Below are positions 53,325-64,000 of a stretch of DNA of 64,000 nucleotides, piece by piece (the stretch's first letter is position 1; each line of letters starts with the position of its first letter). The notes beneath the pieces were generated by a model. It had not been told where the DNA came from. It was given only the letters and a program-made list of their open reading frames with translations, and ran no database searches. The DNA comes from Octopus sinensis. Lineage: Eukaryota. Made by a program: the position numbers and the translations under genes. The stretch spans positions 24,552,001 through 24,616,000 of the forward strand of contig NC_043000.1 in NCBI RefSeq assembly GCF_006345805.1, in the 5' to 3' direction.

Positions 53325-53693
53325 TAGGAAGCACTCCGTCGGTTACGACAACGAGGGTTCCGGTTGATCCGAATCAACGGAACAGCCTGCTCATGAAATT
53401 AACGTGTAAGTGGCTGAGCACTCCACAGACACGTGTAACCTTAACGTAGTTCTCAGGTATATTCAGCGTGACACAGAGAGTGACAAGGCCGGCCCTTTGA
53501 AATACAGGTACAACAGAAACAGGAAGTAAGAGTGAGAGAAAGTTGTGGTGAAAGAGTACAGCAGGGATCACCACCATCCCCTGCCGGAGCCTCGTGGAGC
53601 TTTAGGTGTTTTCACTCAATAAACACTCACAACGCCCGGTCTGGGAATCGAAACCGCGAGTCTGCTACCCTAACCACTGGGCCATTGCACCTC
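53325..53693 (-). mobile_element. tRNA-derived SINE family D; related copies at 7055-7345 (-), 50785-51085 (+), 61995-62245 (-)
   Basis: Minus-strand head gaggtgcaatggcccagtggttagggtagcagactcgcgg..ttcgattcccagacc with A and B boxes. Confidence 0.8.
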
Positions 53694-53983
53694 GGGTGTT
53701 TTATAATGTTAAGTTTGAAATTGATTTACAATTAATTAGAAAATCTTAAGTTTTCCATCTACCTGCTTACAACCTGTGCTAATAGAATACTGAGGTGGTT
53801 TTAGAGCCATTTAGTTTCTATTTCTAGCATGCTGGTGTGGTTAATCCGCACCCTTTAATATAATATACATATAATTATAAATTAATATAAAATGTTACCC
53901 ACAAGGTTTTTAATTTCACGCTAGCCACTTAATGAAGTCATTAAAGTGATTTTATCCTTAATTCTATTCGAAAATTATCGATA

Positions 53984-54542
53984 CGAGGGTGAGTCAAAAA
54001 GTAATGCCATTTTGTTTAGGACAGATATAATTACGAGCACAGGAACATGTATCATACATCAAAATGAAGCTGGTCCTCTGCGAATCACATCCCTACTTCT
54101 CAACAGTCACCGTTTCTCTCAATAGCAATGTTCCACTTTCGAATGAGTGTATGTATCCCTGCCCCGTAAATTTCTGTTGACTGTTCTTTGAGCCACTTCT
54201 TCACTACAGTTTTCATTTCCTCGTCACTGGAATAATGTTTGCCTCTCAAACCCTCTTTCATGGGGCCGAACAGATGATAATCTGAAGGTGCTATATTATT
54301 CCACTGAGGAAGTGAAAACAGTAGTGAAGAAGTGGCTCAAAGAACAATCAACAGAATTTTACAGGGCAGGGATACGTGCTCTCATTTGAAGGTGGAACAT
54401 TGCTATTGAGAGAAATGGTGACTATGTTGAAAAGTAGGGATGTGATCCACAGAGGACCAGCTTCCTTTTGATGATACATGTTCCTGTGTTGGTAATTACA
54501 CATGTCCTAAACAAAATGGCATTACTTTTTGACTCACCCTTG
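53984..54542. mobile_element. Palindromic mariner-derived MITE made of two transposase 3' ends in inverted orientation, TA target duplication
   Basis: TA|cgagggtgagtcaaaaagtaatgcc ... ggcattactttttgactcacccttg|TA. Arms are about 53984-54236 and 54295-54542. The minus strand encodes APSDYHLFGPMKEGLRGKHY...WLKEQS...WNIAIERNGD. Confidence 0.92.
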
Positions 54543-54744
54543 TACATATATTCTATACATGTGTGTATGCATATATACTGTGTGTATTCCAGTCTTTGGA
54601 AGACATATACTGTATGTTTGTAGATTGCTACTGGCAACTAAAAGGGTCAGCATCAAGAAGGGTATGTGCTCATAAAAGACTGCTTTAATAAGCTCAGTTC
54701 CGAGCCAGCTAAGAAAAACTGATACAAAAGTTATATCAAAATTT

Positions 54745-54880
54745 ACATATCTTTCTCTCCTCTTCTGACCTTTCCATAGAAGAGCATTAGCTCAAAATGT
54801 TAAAGACATCTTCCAATTTTCCTGAGTGTCAGCCTAATACATCATTTGTTTTTTTATTTTGTCTTTGTTTTTTTTTTTGT
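54745..54880 (+). mobile_element. Decayed copy of the 60800-60965 family (HHR remnant 54770-54805)
   Basis: CTTT-CCATAGA-A GAGC ATTA GCTC-AAAA TG TT-AAAG, followed by the same ttcctgag...ctaatacatc...tttg tail. Confidence 0.55.
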
Positions 54881-55074
54881 ATCAGACACACACATACACA
54901 TAGACAGACAATGACAGCCTCTAATTCTATATACAGGATTAACTTGTATCACACTAGTGATGTAATTTGCGAGAACACTGGAACTGCCATCAATCAGTTG
55001 TGTGAACGGCACTTCTTTTTTTACAGATGCAGAAAACAGCCGTCAAACAACACAGGATGCTGAGTGTGTCTTGA

Positions 55075-55300
55075 AGAAAAAGAAGGGGAAGAAGGAGAAG
55101 GAGAAGAAGAAGAAGAAGAAGAAGAAGAAGAAAAAGAAGAAGAAGAAAAAGAAGAAGAAGAAGGTGAAGAAGAAGGCAAAGAAGAAGAAGAAGACCTCAA
55201 AGAAAAATGGACAGATGATAATGCTGGTGGAAGTGAGTGATGTAGATGATGACGAAAATGATGATGATGATAATGGTGGTCGTGGTAGTGATGGTGATGA
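55075..55300. repeat. (GAA)n/(GAT)n triplet tract
   Basis: Direct inspection. It produces the poly-K and poly-S ORFs. Confidence 0.85.
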
Positions 55301-55853
55301 GAGATAGCTAATGACAGGTCAGTCAATATATATATATCATACAAGCAAATATTCCCTGAACTTCTCTCTTGCAGACTTTGCCAGCTTCTGTTATCACTGA
55401 GGCATTAAAAGGTCAGTTTAAGGGGTGGAAAGGAAAGAGATATGGAAATGGTAACAAATCAGATGAGATTTCATACCAAAAGCAAATGAAGATGGGGTAG
55501 GGGGTAGGATAGGGACAAGGAGAAGCAGCAGCAGCAGACTTTGAAGACAGGAGAAGTGTGTAAATGGGACAAAGTCATTAAATACACAACTTAGAGAAAA
55601 GAGGCCATGTAAACATTGCCATGGGGTGCTGCTTCCAAGAGCATCACAGATTAGCGTGGTGGATAAGGGGTGGACGGGATCCTCTTTGAGTGAGAATGAC
55701 TACTGTATTAGCATATTTGATGGAGTTGGGTGGGTGTTGCTGGTTTTTTGTGTGTGTGTGAGAGTAATATGTATGTGTGTGTATGTATATATACATGTCT
55801 ATATATATATGTCTATATATATACATGTATATATATATGTCTATATATATACA

Positions 55854-55905
<52 letters not shown>

Positions 55906-56001
55906 TATATGTATGTATATATATGTGTGTGTGTGTATATATATATATGTGTGTGTGTGTGTGTATATATATGTTTGTATGTATGTATATATTTGTATGT
56001 A

Positions 56002-56064
<63 letters not shown>

Positions 56065-56324
56065 TTAGACAAAATGAGATAACAAAGCCAAGGTTATGAA
56101 GTGTTTTCAAGAAATTTATAAGGAAAAAGATAGTCTTACAGCTGTTTCTGGGATATTATGGATATCCCTTCATCAGATGATGTGAGATGATTAAATAGAG
56201 GTCTCTGATGAAGGGATATCCTTAATATCCCAGAAACAGCCGTAAGACTACATCTACATCTTTTTCCTTATAAATTTCCTGAAAACACTTCACAACCATG
56301 GCTTTATTATCTCAATTTGTCTAA
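56065..56324. mobile_element. Palindromic PLE pseudo-LTR-like mini-element in (TA)n carrying two opposed HHR motifs
   Basis: Arms 56065-56176 and 56205-56324 are reverse complements (ttagacaaaatgagat.../...atctcaatttgtctaa), with (TA)n on both sides. Confidence 0.8.
56200..56249 (+). ncRNA. Minimal type I hammerhead ribozyme
   Basis: GGTCT-CTGATGA-A GGGATAT CCTTA ATATCCC A-GAAA C AGCC G TA^-AGACT. Cleavage is predicted after 56244. The opposite-arm copy (56132-56176, minus) has the palindromic AGCT loop III but lacks the 5' strand of helix I. Confidence 0.7.
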
Positions 56325-56531
56325 TATATATATATGCATGCTAATACAAGACCCACATTAGACTCCTCACTCGTAACACTATTGAACCAATGTGTTTGTA
56401 TGAAAGTGTTATATGAATATTATGTTTGCATGAGTAAGTATATGCACTTTTAGTCAACAGCATTTTGACTAAATGGATTTTTGCACATACTCTGCTGTAC
56501 AGATGAATATATGCAAAAACACATTTGATTT

Positions 56532-56924
56532 GGAGTGGCTGTGTGGTAAGTAGATTGTTTACCAACCACATGGTCCAAGGTTTAGTCCGACTGTGTGGCA
56601 CTTTGGGCAAGTGTCTTCTACTATAGCTTCAGGCCGACCAAAGCCTTGTGAGTGGATTTGGGAGATAGAAACTGAAAGAAGCCAGTCGTATATATACATA
56701 TATATGTATGAATGTGTGTGTATATGTTTGTATGTCTGTGTTTGTTCCCCCAACAAGGCTTGACAATTGATGGTGGTGTGTTTACATCCCTGTAACTTAG
56801 CAGTTCATCAAAAGAGACATAAAATAAGAACTAAGCTTACAAATATTAAGTCCTGCAATAGATTTGCTTGACTAAAGGTGGTACTCCAGTATAGCCACAG
56901 TCAAATGACTGAAAAAGTAAAAGA

Positions 56925-56926
<2 letters not shown>
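56532..56926 (+). mobile_element. SINE family A; further plus copies at 23028-23599, 38450-38640 + 43227-43454 (split by the PLE), 63308-63680
   Basis: Same head, core and tail sequence. Confidence 0.9.
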
Positions 56927-56955
<29 letters not shown>

Positions 56956-56956
56956 A

Positions 56957-59807
56957 TGATGAGGGAACTAGACTGCTGGAATTCTGTGATGCATGTAACC
57001 TTTCAATCTGCAACACTAACTTCAAGAAGCCAGTCTGCCACCTTATAACCTATCAGTCAGGAGACTCCGCTAGCCAAATAGACTTCATCCTCACCAGACA
57101 GCGGGATGCAGGGTTGCTCTTGAATACAAAGACCCTCCCGGGTGAAGAATGTATCCCTCAGCATAGACTAATCATCAGTGACTTTAAGCTTGAGGCCAGA
57201 AGGACTCCAAGAAACAAACCAATCCAGAAAAGAAGGATTTGGAGGCTAAAGAACCCTTCACATGGTCAGAAATTTAGGGACATACTCATCAAGAAATTTG
57301 ATGAGAGGGAGGAGGAGCTTCAGACGTCAGACATAGAAGGTAGCTGGGAATTCCTACGGGACAGCTTGCTGAGTGCCACAGACCGAGTCTGTGGATGGTG
57401 CAAAGTCCCTTCCAGACCTAGAATTACGTGGTGGTGGAATAGTGCAGTAGATAAAGCCATCTGTAAAAAGAGACGGGCCTGGAAAGCCTGGAAGGATGGG
57501 GGCAGCAGGGAACTGTACCAGATAGCCAAAAGGGAGGCTGGGCGGCAGGTATACATAGTCAAAGACGTAGCAGAAAAGAAGAAGTTTGCCAATGTCCAGC
57601 GACGCGAGGATCAAAGAGCTGAAGTATTTTGGATTGCCAGACAGTGTGTCAGAGAAAATAGTGATGTTATAGGAGAGAAATGTGTCCGCATGGATGATGG
57701 GGCACTTGCTTTTACTGCTAGTGAAAAGAAAGAGGCTTGGAGAAGCCATTATGAAAGACTGCTGAATGAGGAGAATGAATGGGAGGAGGAGAGCCTGCCA
57801 AATGTTGACCCAGTAGAGGGACCAGCTACCCGAATAGACAGCTCCCTTGTAGATAAGGCAATTAAGGATATGAAACCAGGCAAAGCCCCTGGCCTATCAG
57901 GAATCACTGCTGAGATGCTTAAAACAGCTGGCTATGTGGGCTATACCATAGTCACCCGCATTGTAAACCAGGTAGTTCACAATGGAGTCATACCCAATGA
58001 CTGGTGCAGCAGCACCATAGTCAACTGCTACAAGGGTAAGGGTGATGCTCTAGATAGAAATAACTACAGAGGTATCAAACTGTTGGACCAGGTGATGAAG
58101 GTCTCAGAGAAGGTCATAACCCATCTCATTAGGGAGAGAATTTGTTTAGATGAAATGCAGTTCGGTTTTGTACCAGGTAGAAGCACCACTGATGCTATAT
58201 TCCTGGTCCGACAACTGCAGGAGAAGTACCTAGCTAAAGATAAACCCCTCTACATAGCTTTTGTAGACTTGGAGAAAGCCTTTGACAGGGTTCCCCGTTC
58301 CCTCATCTGGTGGTCGATGCGGAAACTGGAGATTGAAGAATGGCTAATAAGGGCTGTACAGGCTCTATACAGAGAGGCTGTCAGCAAGGTTAGGATTGGC
58401 AACGAATATAGTGAAGAATTCCGGGTAGAAGTAGGTGTGCACCAGGGCTCAGCCCTCAGTCCCCTTTTATTCATCATAGTCCTTCAGGCAATAACAGAGG
58501 AATTCAAAACGGGATGCCCCTGGGAGCTCTCTCTATGCCGATGACCTAGCTCTCATAGCAGAATCACTACCGGAACTAGAAGAGAAATTTCGGGTGTGGA
58601 AGCAAGGGTTGGAATCAAAGGGCCTTAGAATAAATGTAGAAAAGTATTAGTAAGCAGCAAGAGGTACTCAGCACACACCCCCTCGGGTAGGTGGCCCTGC
58701 TCAATCTGTAGGAAAGGTACAGGTAGAAACTCCATAAGATGCACCCAATGTAAGTTATGGACACATAAGAGGTGCAGCAACAGTAAAGGGAAATTAACAG
58801 ATAAGATAGCTTTCATGTGCGGCAGATGCACAGGGACAATAGACACAACAGACACTCAGAAAACAGATTCCATCACACTCCAGGGAGAGAAACTAGAAGT
58901 AGTTGATAGTTTCCGCTACCTGGGTGACCAAGTTAGTAGCGGAGGTGGATGCACAGAGAGTATCACCACTAGAATACGAATAGCCTGGGCAAAGTTCAGA
59001 AAGCTCCTACCCCTACTGGCAACAAAAGGTCTCTCCCTCAGAGCGAAAGGTAGATTGTATGATGCATGTGTGCGAACTGCCATGCTTCACGGTAATGAAA
59101 CATGGGCAGTGACTGCAGAGGACATGGTAGACTTGAAAGAAATGAAGCTAGCATGATCCGCTGGATGTGTAGTGTCAGTGTGCACGCAAGACAGAGTGTA
59201 AGCATCCTAAGAGAAATGCTGGATATAAGAAGCATCAGATGGTGGTGCAAGAGCGACGCTTGCGATGGTATGGTCATGTGCTGCGGATGGATGAAGAGAG
59301 ATGTGTGAAGAAGTGCCACTCCCAAACAGTTGAAGGTATCAGGGGGAGAGGTAGACCCAGGAAGACATGGGATGAGGTAGTCAAGCATGACCTCAGAGCA
59401 TTGGGCCTCACTGAGGCAATGGCGAAAGACCAAGATCTCTGGAGATATGCTGTGACTGCAAAGACCTGGGCTGCTTTCTGCAGCAATTCCACATACCCCC
59501 TACCCATTCAAAGTACCCCGGATCCCCAAAGTACCCCGGACCCAGTTGCCCCCGTGCCGCTGGCACGTTAAAAGCTCGAACCGATCGCGACCAATGCCGG
59601 ACCCCCCGGCCCCTGTGCAGGTGGCACGTAAAAAGCACCCAATCCACTCACGGAGTGGTTGGCGTTAGGAAGGGCATCCAGCCGTAGAAACTCTGCCAAA
59701 TCAGACTGGAGCCTGGAGCGGCCCCTGGCTTCCCAGACCCCGGTCGAACCGTCCAACCCGTGCTAGCGCGGAAAACGGACGTTAAACGATGATGATGATG
59801 ATGATGA
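56957..59807 (+). mobile_element. RTE-clade LINE, 5'-truncated: end of APE, RT, 3' UTR and (GAT)n tail
   Basis: SQIDFIL, NYRGIKLL, QFGFVPGRSTTDAIF, FVDLEKAFDRVP, GVHQGSALSPLLF, YADDL reached after a 1-nt insertion near 58528, RRLRWYGHV, RGRGRPRKTW. Several frameshifts. Confidence 0.95.
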
Positions 59808-60799
59808 CGATATACACACACACCTGAGTGTGATGTGTATATATGTATGCTTTTCTATGTATGTGTGCACACGTGTGTATGTGCATACAGACACACCACA
59901 CACATGTTGATAAGTACAATGCACTAAACTGTCTGTCCTTGAGTCACTTATGTAACTTTGCAGCTTATTAAAAAAATATACTTTTTACATATTGAAATCT
60001 GTTTTTCTTGTTTGTTCCAACAATTCACCCGATAGGTAGATAGATAGAAGAATGCGTGTGCACATATGTATGTGTGTGTGTGCATGCATGTGTGTGTAAG
60101 TGTACTCATGTAGATAAAACCATTAGAGCTTGTTTGTATGTGAGAGACAAGTTAAAAAGTTTTGAAGTTTCTTTTCACCGAAATACTCATAAATTCACAA
60201 ACAACTTAAAAATAAAATGTCGTAACATAATATTATTTTAAAGATATTTTGTCTGACAAAATTTTCTAAAGACCTAATTACATAATTCATGGGTCAACTC
60301 ACAATGTAAGAAACATTTTACATATTTTTAAAGATAATACTTTCTCTCCTTATCACTCTATCTCTCACTCTGTTAGAATCCTCTCTTCTGGTACATAGGT
60401 GGTCCTTAATTCATCCTCATCATTATCATCATCATCAGTAACACTATTATTATCAATAATAGTTTAATGTATGCGTTGCCCTGCCAGAAATGGCCTGCGG
60501 AAATTGTACAACTAGATGCCTTCACTTATCATTTTTCTGCATCATTTCGTTTGTGAAGTTTACGTTCAAACATTTTTCTACTAACTTTTTAAACATTAAC
60601 ACTTTAGCATTCAGATTACTCTGTCAAATGTAATACTTATTTATTCAAATTCATTTGAATTAGTCAGGCATTATCTTGTAGCTTTGAGATTTCAATGGTG
60701 CAGTTGCTTTTTAGTTGTAAGGTAAAGTATGAGAGGCCAGATCTAGCCAGTTTGAACATAAAGACTGGTAGAATATTTTCGCCATGATAAATCGTTAGT

Positions 60800-60965
60800 C
60801 ACTACACACATTTTTTTCTCTCCTTTTCTTCTCTCCCTGTTTTTTTCTGTATCCCTTTCTGTAGAAGAGCATAGGCTCGAAACGTAAAAGACTTTTTCTA
60901 TTCCTGAGCATTATACTAATACATCTGTTTGTTTTGTACACCACCTGTCTTCGTCTTTTGTTTTT
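60800..60965 (+). mobile_element. PLE pseudo-LTR-like fragment with a minimal HHR motif (60855-60890)
   Basis: CTTT-CTGTAGA-A GAGC ATAG GCTC-GAAA CG TA^-AAAG. One core deviation (position 6 is U instead of A). Confidence 0.65.
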
Positions 60966-62850
60966 TTCGTAAACTTTCCCTAGAATATTTTGGCTGGATA
61001 TGGCTGGTTTGAAGGCAAATGGATTAAGCAACTCATAAGCACATAAACACACCAACACATAGAAACAGATACACATGTATGTATATATGTATACATGCAT
61101 CTATTAGAAAACTTGTTTATAACAAGAAGTCAGAACTCTAATCGTGTGCAATTCAAGCCAATATTTACATGCGATCATTTCTAGATTTATCATCTACTTT
61201 GAGTTTTACTACATTTAAAATACTTACTATATTTGAAATACTTCATATTTCACATTTCAGAAACTCTTATATACACGCACATGCACATGTATTGAACACA
61301 TGACTATGTTCTCATTTCAACATTTTTCTTACATCCTGAAGATGTGACTGTGAAAGTCTAGAAATGCTGATGATGTGGAAATTTTATCCCTTTGCTTCTT
61401 TATACCATAAAGAGTAGATGAACCAAAGTCACAGGTATCATACAGTTTACCTTCTGAAATACCATGGTCTATCTTTTTCAACAATTCTACCTACTTTATC
61501 TTAAATCATATGGATTGATGTCTACATATGACACTATCATTGACGCTCTCAGCTTTCTCACCTGTAGTAGCAATAGCTAAGGATAGCTTTAAGGTAAATA
61601 AGAAGAGGATATCTTGAAATTTTGGTTCTGCCACTAACAAATGCAGTTGAGAAATACATATAAATACACAGTACACACAATGTCACTGTGGTTACACAGT
61701 GAACTAGACTAGCAGCAACAAGAATTTCAAGTCCTCCACCTTGTAATTTACCTGGATTAAAAGAGTTGCTGGAAAATCAGAGTTGTACACAAACATTGAA
61801 GAAATTTGGAGAATCGCTGCTGGTGTTGCTGTTGCTGTTGTTGAGCGAATGGTCTTCGTCCCAGAGCTCGCAAGATGAGAGAAGTCCGAAACATGGTCCT
61901 TTGCTATTCGTAAGACCCGCAGAAGAGAAAGCAGGTCAACCCCCGACATCAAGAGCATCGACGGATGGATGAATGCGCATCCAGGCTCAGTGGTTGCTTA
62001 GGAAGTCGGGTACAAGAAACAGGAAGAAAGAGTGAGAGAAAGTTGGAGCGAAACAGGAAGAAAGAGTGAGAGAAAGTTGGAGCGAAAGAGTACAACAAGG
62101 GTCGCCCCCCCCCCCATGCCGGAGCCTCATGGAGCTTTAGGTGTTTTCGCTCAATAAACACACACAACGCCCGGTCTGGGAATTGAAACCACGATCCTCC
62201 GACCGCGAGTCCGCTACCCTAACCACTGGGCCATTGTGCCTCCACTTGCTGCTGGTATGAAAACATATGCTGGATAGACTGACTGCCCTGTGCTTATGTT
62301 AACAGTAAATATATAATACAGATTGAGTGCAGGTGAGATGGGAAAATTACTGGACATCAAAAGCATTTCCAATATTTTCAGGAATAACAAGTCTGTTGGT
62401 ATGGAAATATGTGACGTAAGCTGAAGAAACATGTATCATAAGTTGATGGAAGAAGGAGCCTTCTTTCAAGATAGACTTAACTAAGGCTGAGGCTGAGGAT
62501 AAAGTAGCCAAATCAAAATTGCTGATAATGTTGGATCTTCCAAATAAATGGTACGGGGGCTGATATCTGTATTTTAGAAGAAATGTTTAAAGCACAGGAA
62601 AAAAGTATGTTAAAGGATGTTGATAATGATGAGGATAACACAGAGCTAAGGAAAAGATTGATGTTTCTTTGGTTGTGTAAAGTAGTAATACACTGTTTAT
62701 GCCCTATCTACAAAGGGATAAGTGTTTTACCAGTGAACTGAAACTATGTCTTCTAAATCACTGGTTTCAATAAGCTCCTTAATCCGGTAATTAACAATTA
62801 TATTTTGTCTTAACTACTGAAAATTTAATTTTCCTTTATAGACTTTTGAA

Positions 62851-63247
62851 ACTCTTTTACTTGTTTCAGTCATTTGATTGTGGGCATGCTGGAGCACCGC
62901 CTTTAGTCGAGCAAATCGACCCCAGGACTTATTCTTTGTAAGCCTAGTACTTATTCTATCAGTCTCTTTTGCCAAACCGCTAAGTTATGGGGACGTAAAC
63001 ACATCAGCATCGGTTCTCAAGCAATGTTGGGGGGACAAACACAGGCACACAAATTTATACACACACATACATATATATATACATATATACAACAGGCTTC
63101 TTTTCAGTTTCCGTCTGCCAAATCCACTCACAAGGCTTTGGTCGGCTCGAGGCTATAGTAGAAGACACTTGCCCAAGGTGCCACGCAGTGGGACTGAACC
63201 CGGAACCATGTGGTTGGTAAGCAAGCAACTTACCACACAGCCACTCC
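62851..63247 (-). mobile_element. tRNA-derived SINE family A (~400 bp, internal TA/CA microsatellite)
   Basis: Head ggagtggctgtgtggtaag...ggttcagtccc, core ggcaccttgggcaagtgtctt, tail actgaaacaagtaaaagag. Confidence 0.9.
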
Positions 63248-64000
63248 TACGTCTAAATATGGTAAAAATATAAAGCTCCAAATTATATTATTTTTTTTTT
63301 CATGGTGCAGGCATGGCCATGTGGCAAGAAGTTTGCTTCCTAGCCACATGGTTCCAGGTTCAGTCTTACTGAGTAACATCTTGGGAAAGTGTCTTCTTCA
63401 GGCCAACCAAAGCCTTGTGTGTGAACTTGGTAGACAGAAGCTGTAAAAAAACCATCATGTGTGTGTGTGTGTGTACATGCATGCGTTTATCCCCCACCAC
63501 TGCTTGGCAACAGATGTTGATGGGTTTACAAACCCGTAACCTAGTGGTTTGGCAAAAGAGATTGATAAAGTACCAGGCTAAAAAGAAAAAAGTACTGGGG
63601 TTGATTCATTTGACTAAAATCCCTTACGGCAGTGCCCCAGCATGGCCACAGTCTAATGACTGAAAAAAGACAAAGGATAAACGAATGGCATCACTGCAGG
63701 TTTCCAATGAGGCAATCAATGGTTTATGATATTTCTGATGGCAATAGTAACAAAGGAGTAACTGTAACTCAATGCAAAACAAATATCCCAAAGGACTTGA
63801 TTTGAAAAGCTCAGGTTTTCTAGTTTTCTTAGTGTATTTAACCTTTACTGATTAATATATCTCAGCAAAAGATATACCTATAAGCATATTATATATTTTT
63901 TCTCTTGAAGAACTCAAGCTAGATGAACTTTTTTCATCATCCTTTACATCTGTTTTCCAAACTGGCATGGGTTAGATGGCTTGTCACAGATCAAGTCAGT

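Noticed and set aside
55002-55307. Poly-lysine/acidic ORF with an upstream acceptor
   Set aside because: Explained by the (GAA)n/(GAT)n triplet tract. It is antisense to MAGI and has no recognisable domain.
588-63680. SINE A strand bias (11 minus versus 4 plus copies)
   Set aside because: The sample is too small and several copies are fragments. It needs gene-wide counts.

Overview
AT-rich, repeat-saturated animal genomic DNA, most likely an octopus (coleoid cephalopod). The organism call is an inference from the SINE/LINE families and the dense TA/CA/AAT microsatellites. Only one host exon is convincingly identifiable: an 83-nt minus-strand exon (47663-47745) encoding the end of WW domain 1 plus linker of a MAGI-family scaffold. 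The rest of the window therefore appears to be intron. It contains three tRNA-derived SINE families, RTE LINEs (one 2.85-kb 5'-truncated copy and many 3' tails), R4/Dong-like REL-endonuclease LINE fragments inside (TAA)n runs, mariner, hAT and piggyBac-type MITEs, and a Penelope-like element (PLE; RT plus C-terminal GIY-YIG) with an inverted 5' pseudo-LTR. The most notable hidden signal is a set of about 11 type I hammerhead-ribozyme (HHR) motifs from several unrelated families, which I folded by eye. They occur in both PLE pseudo-LTRs, in small palindromic elements embedded in (TA)n, and in a tRNA-headed SINE. One intact HHR lies in the sense orientation of the inferred MAGI pre-mRNA. Almost all ORFs in the supplied track are microsatellite or repeat artefacts. 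No searches were run, and many repeat boundaries are approximate.
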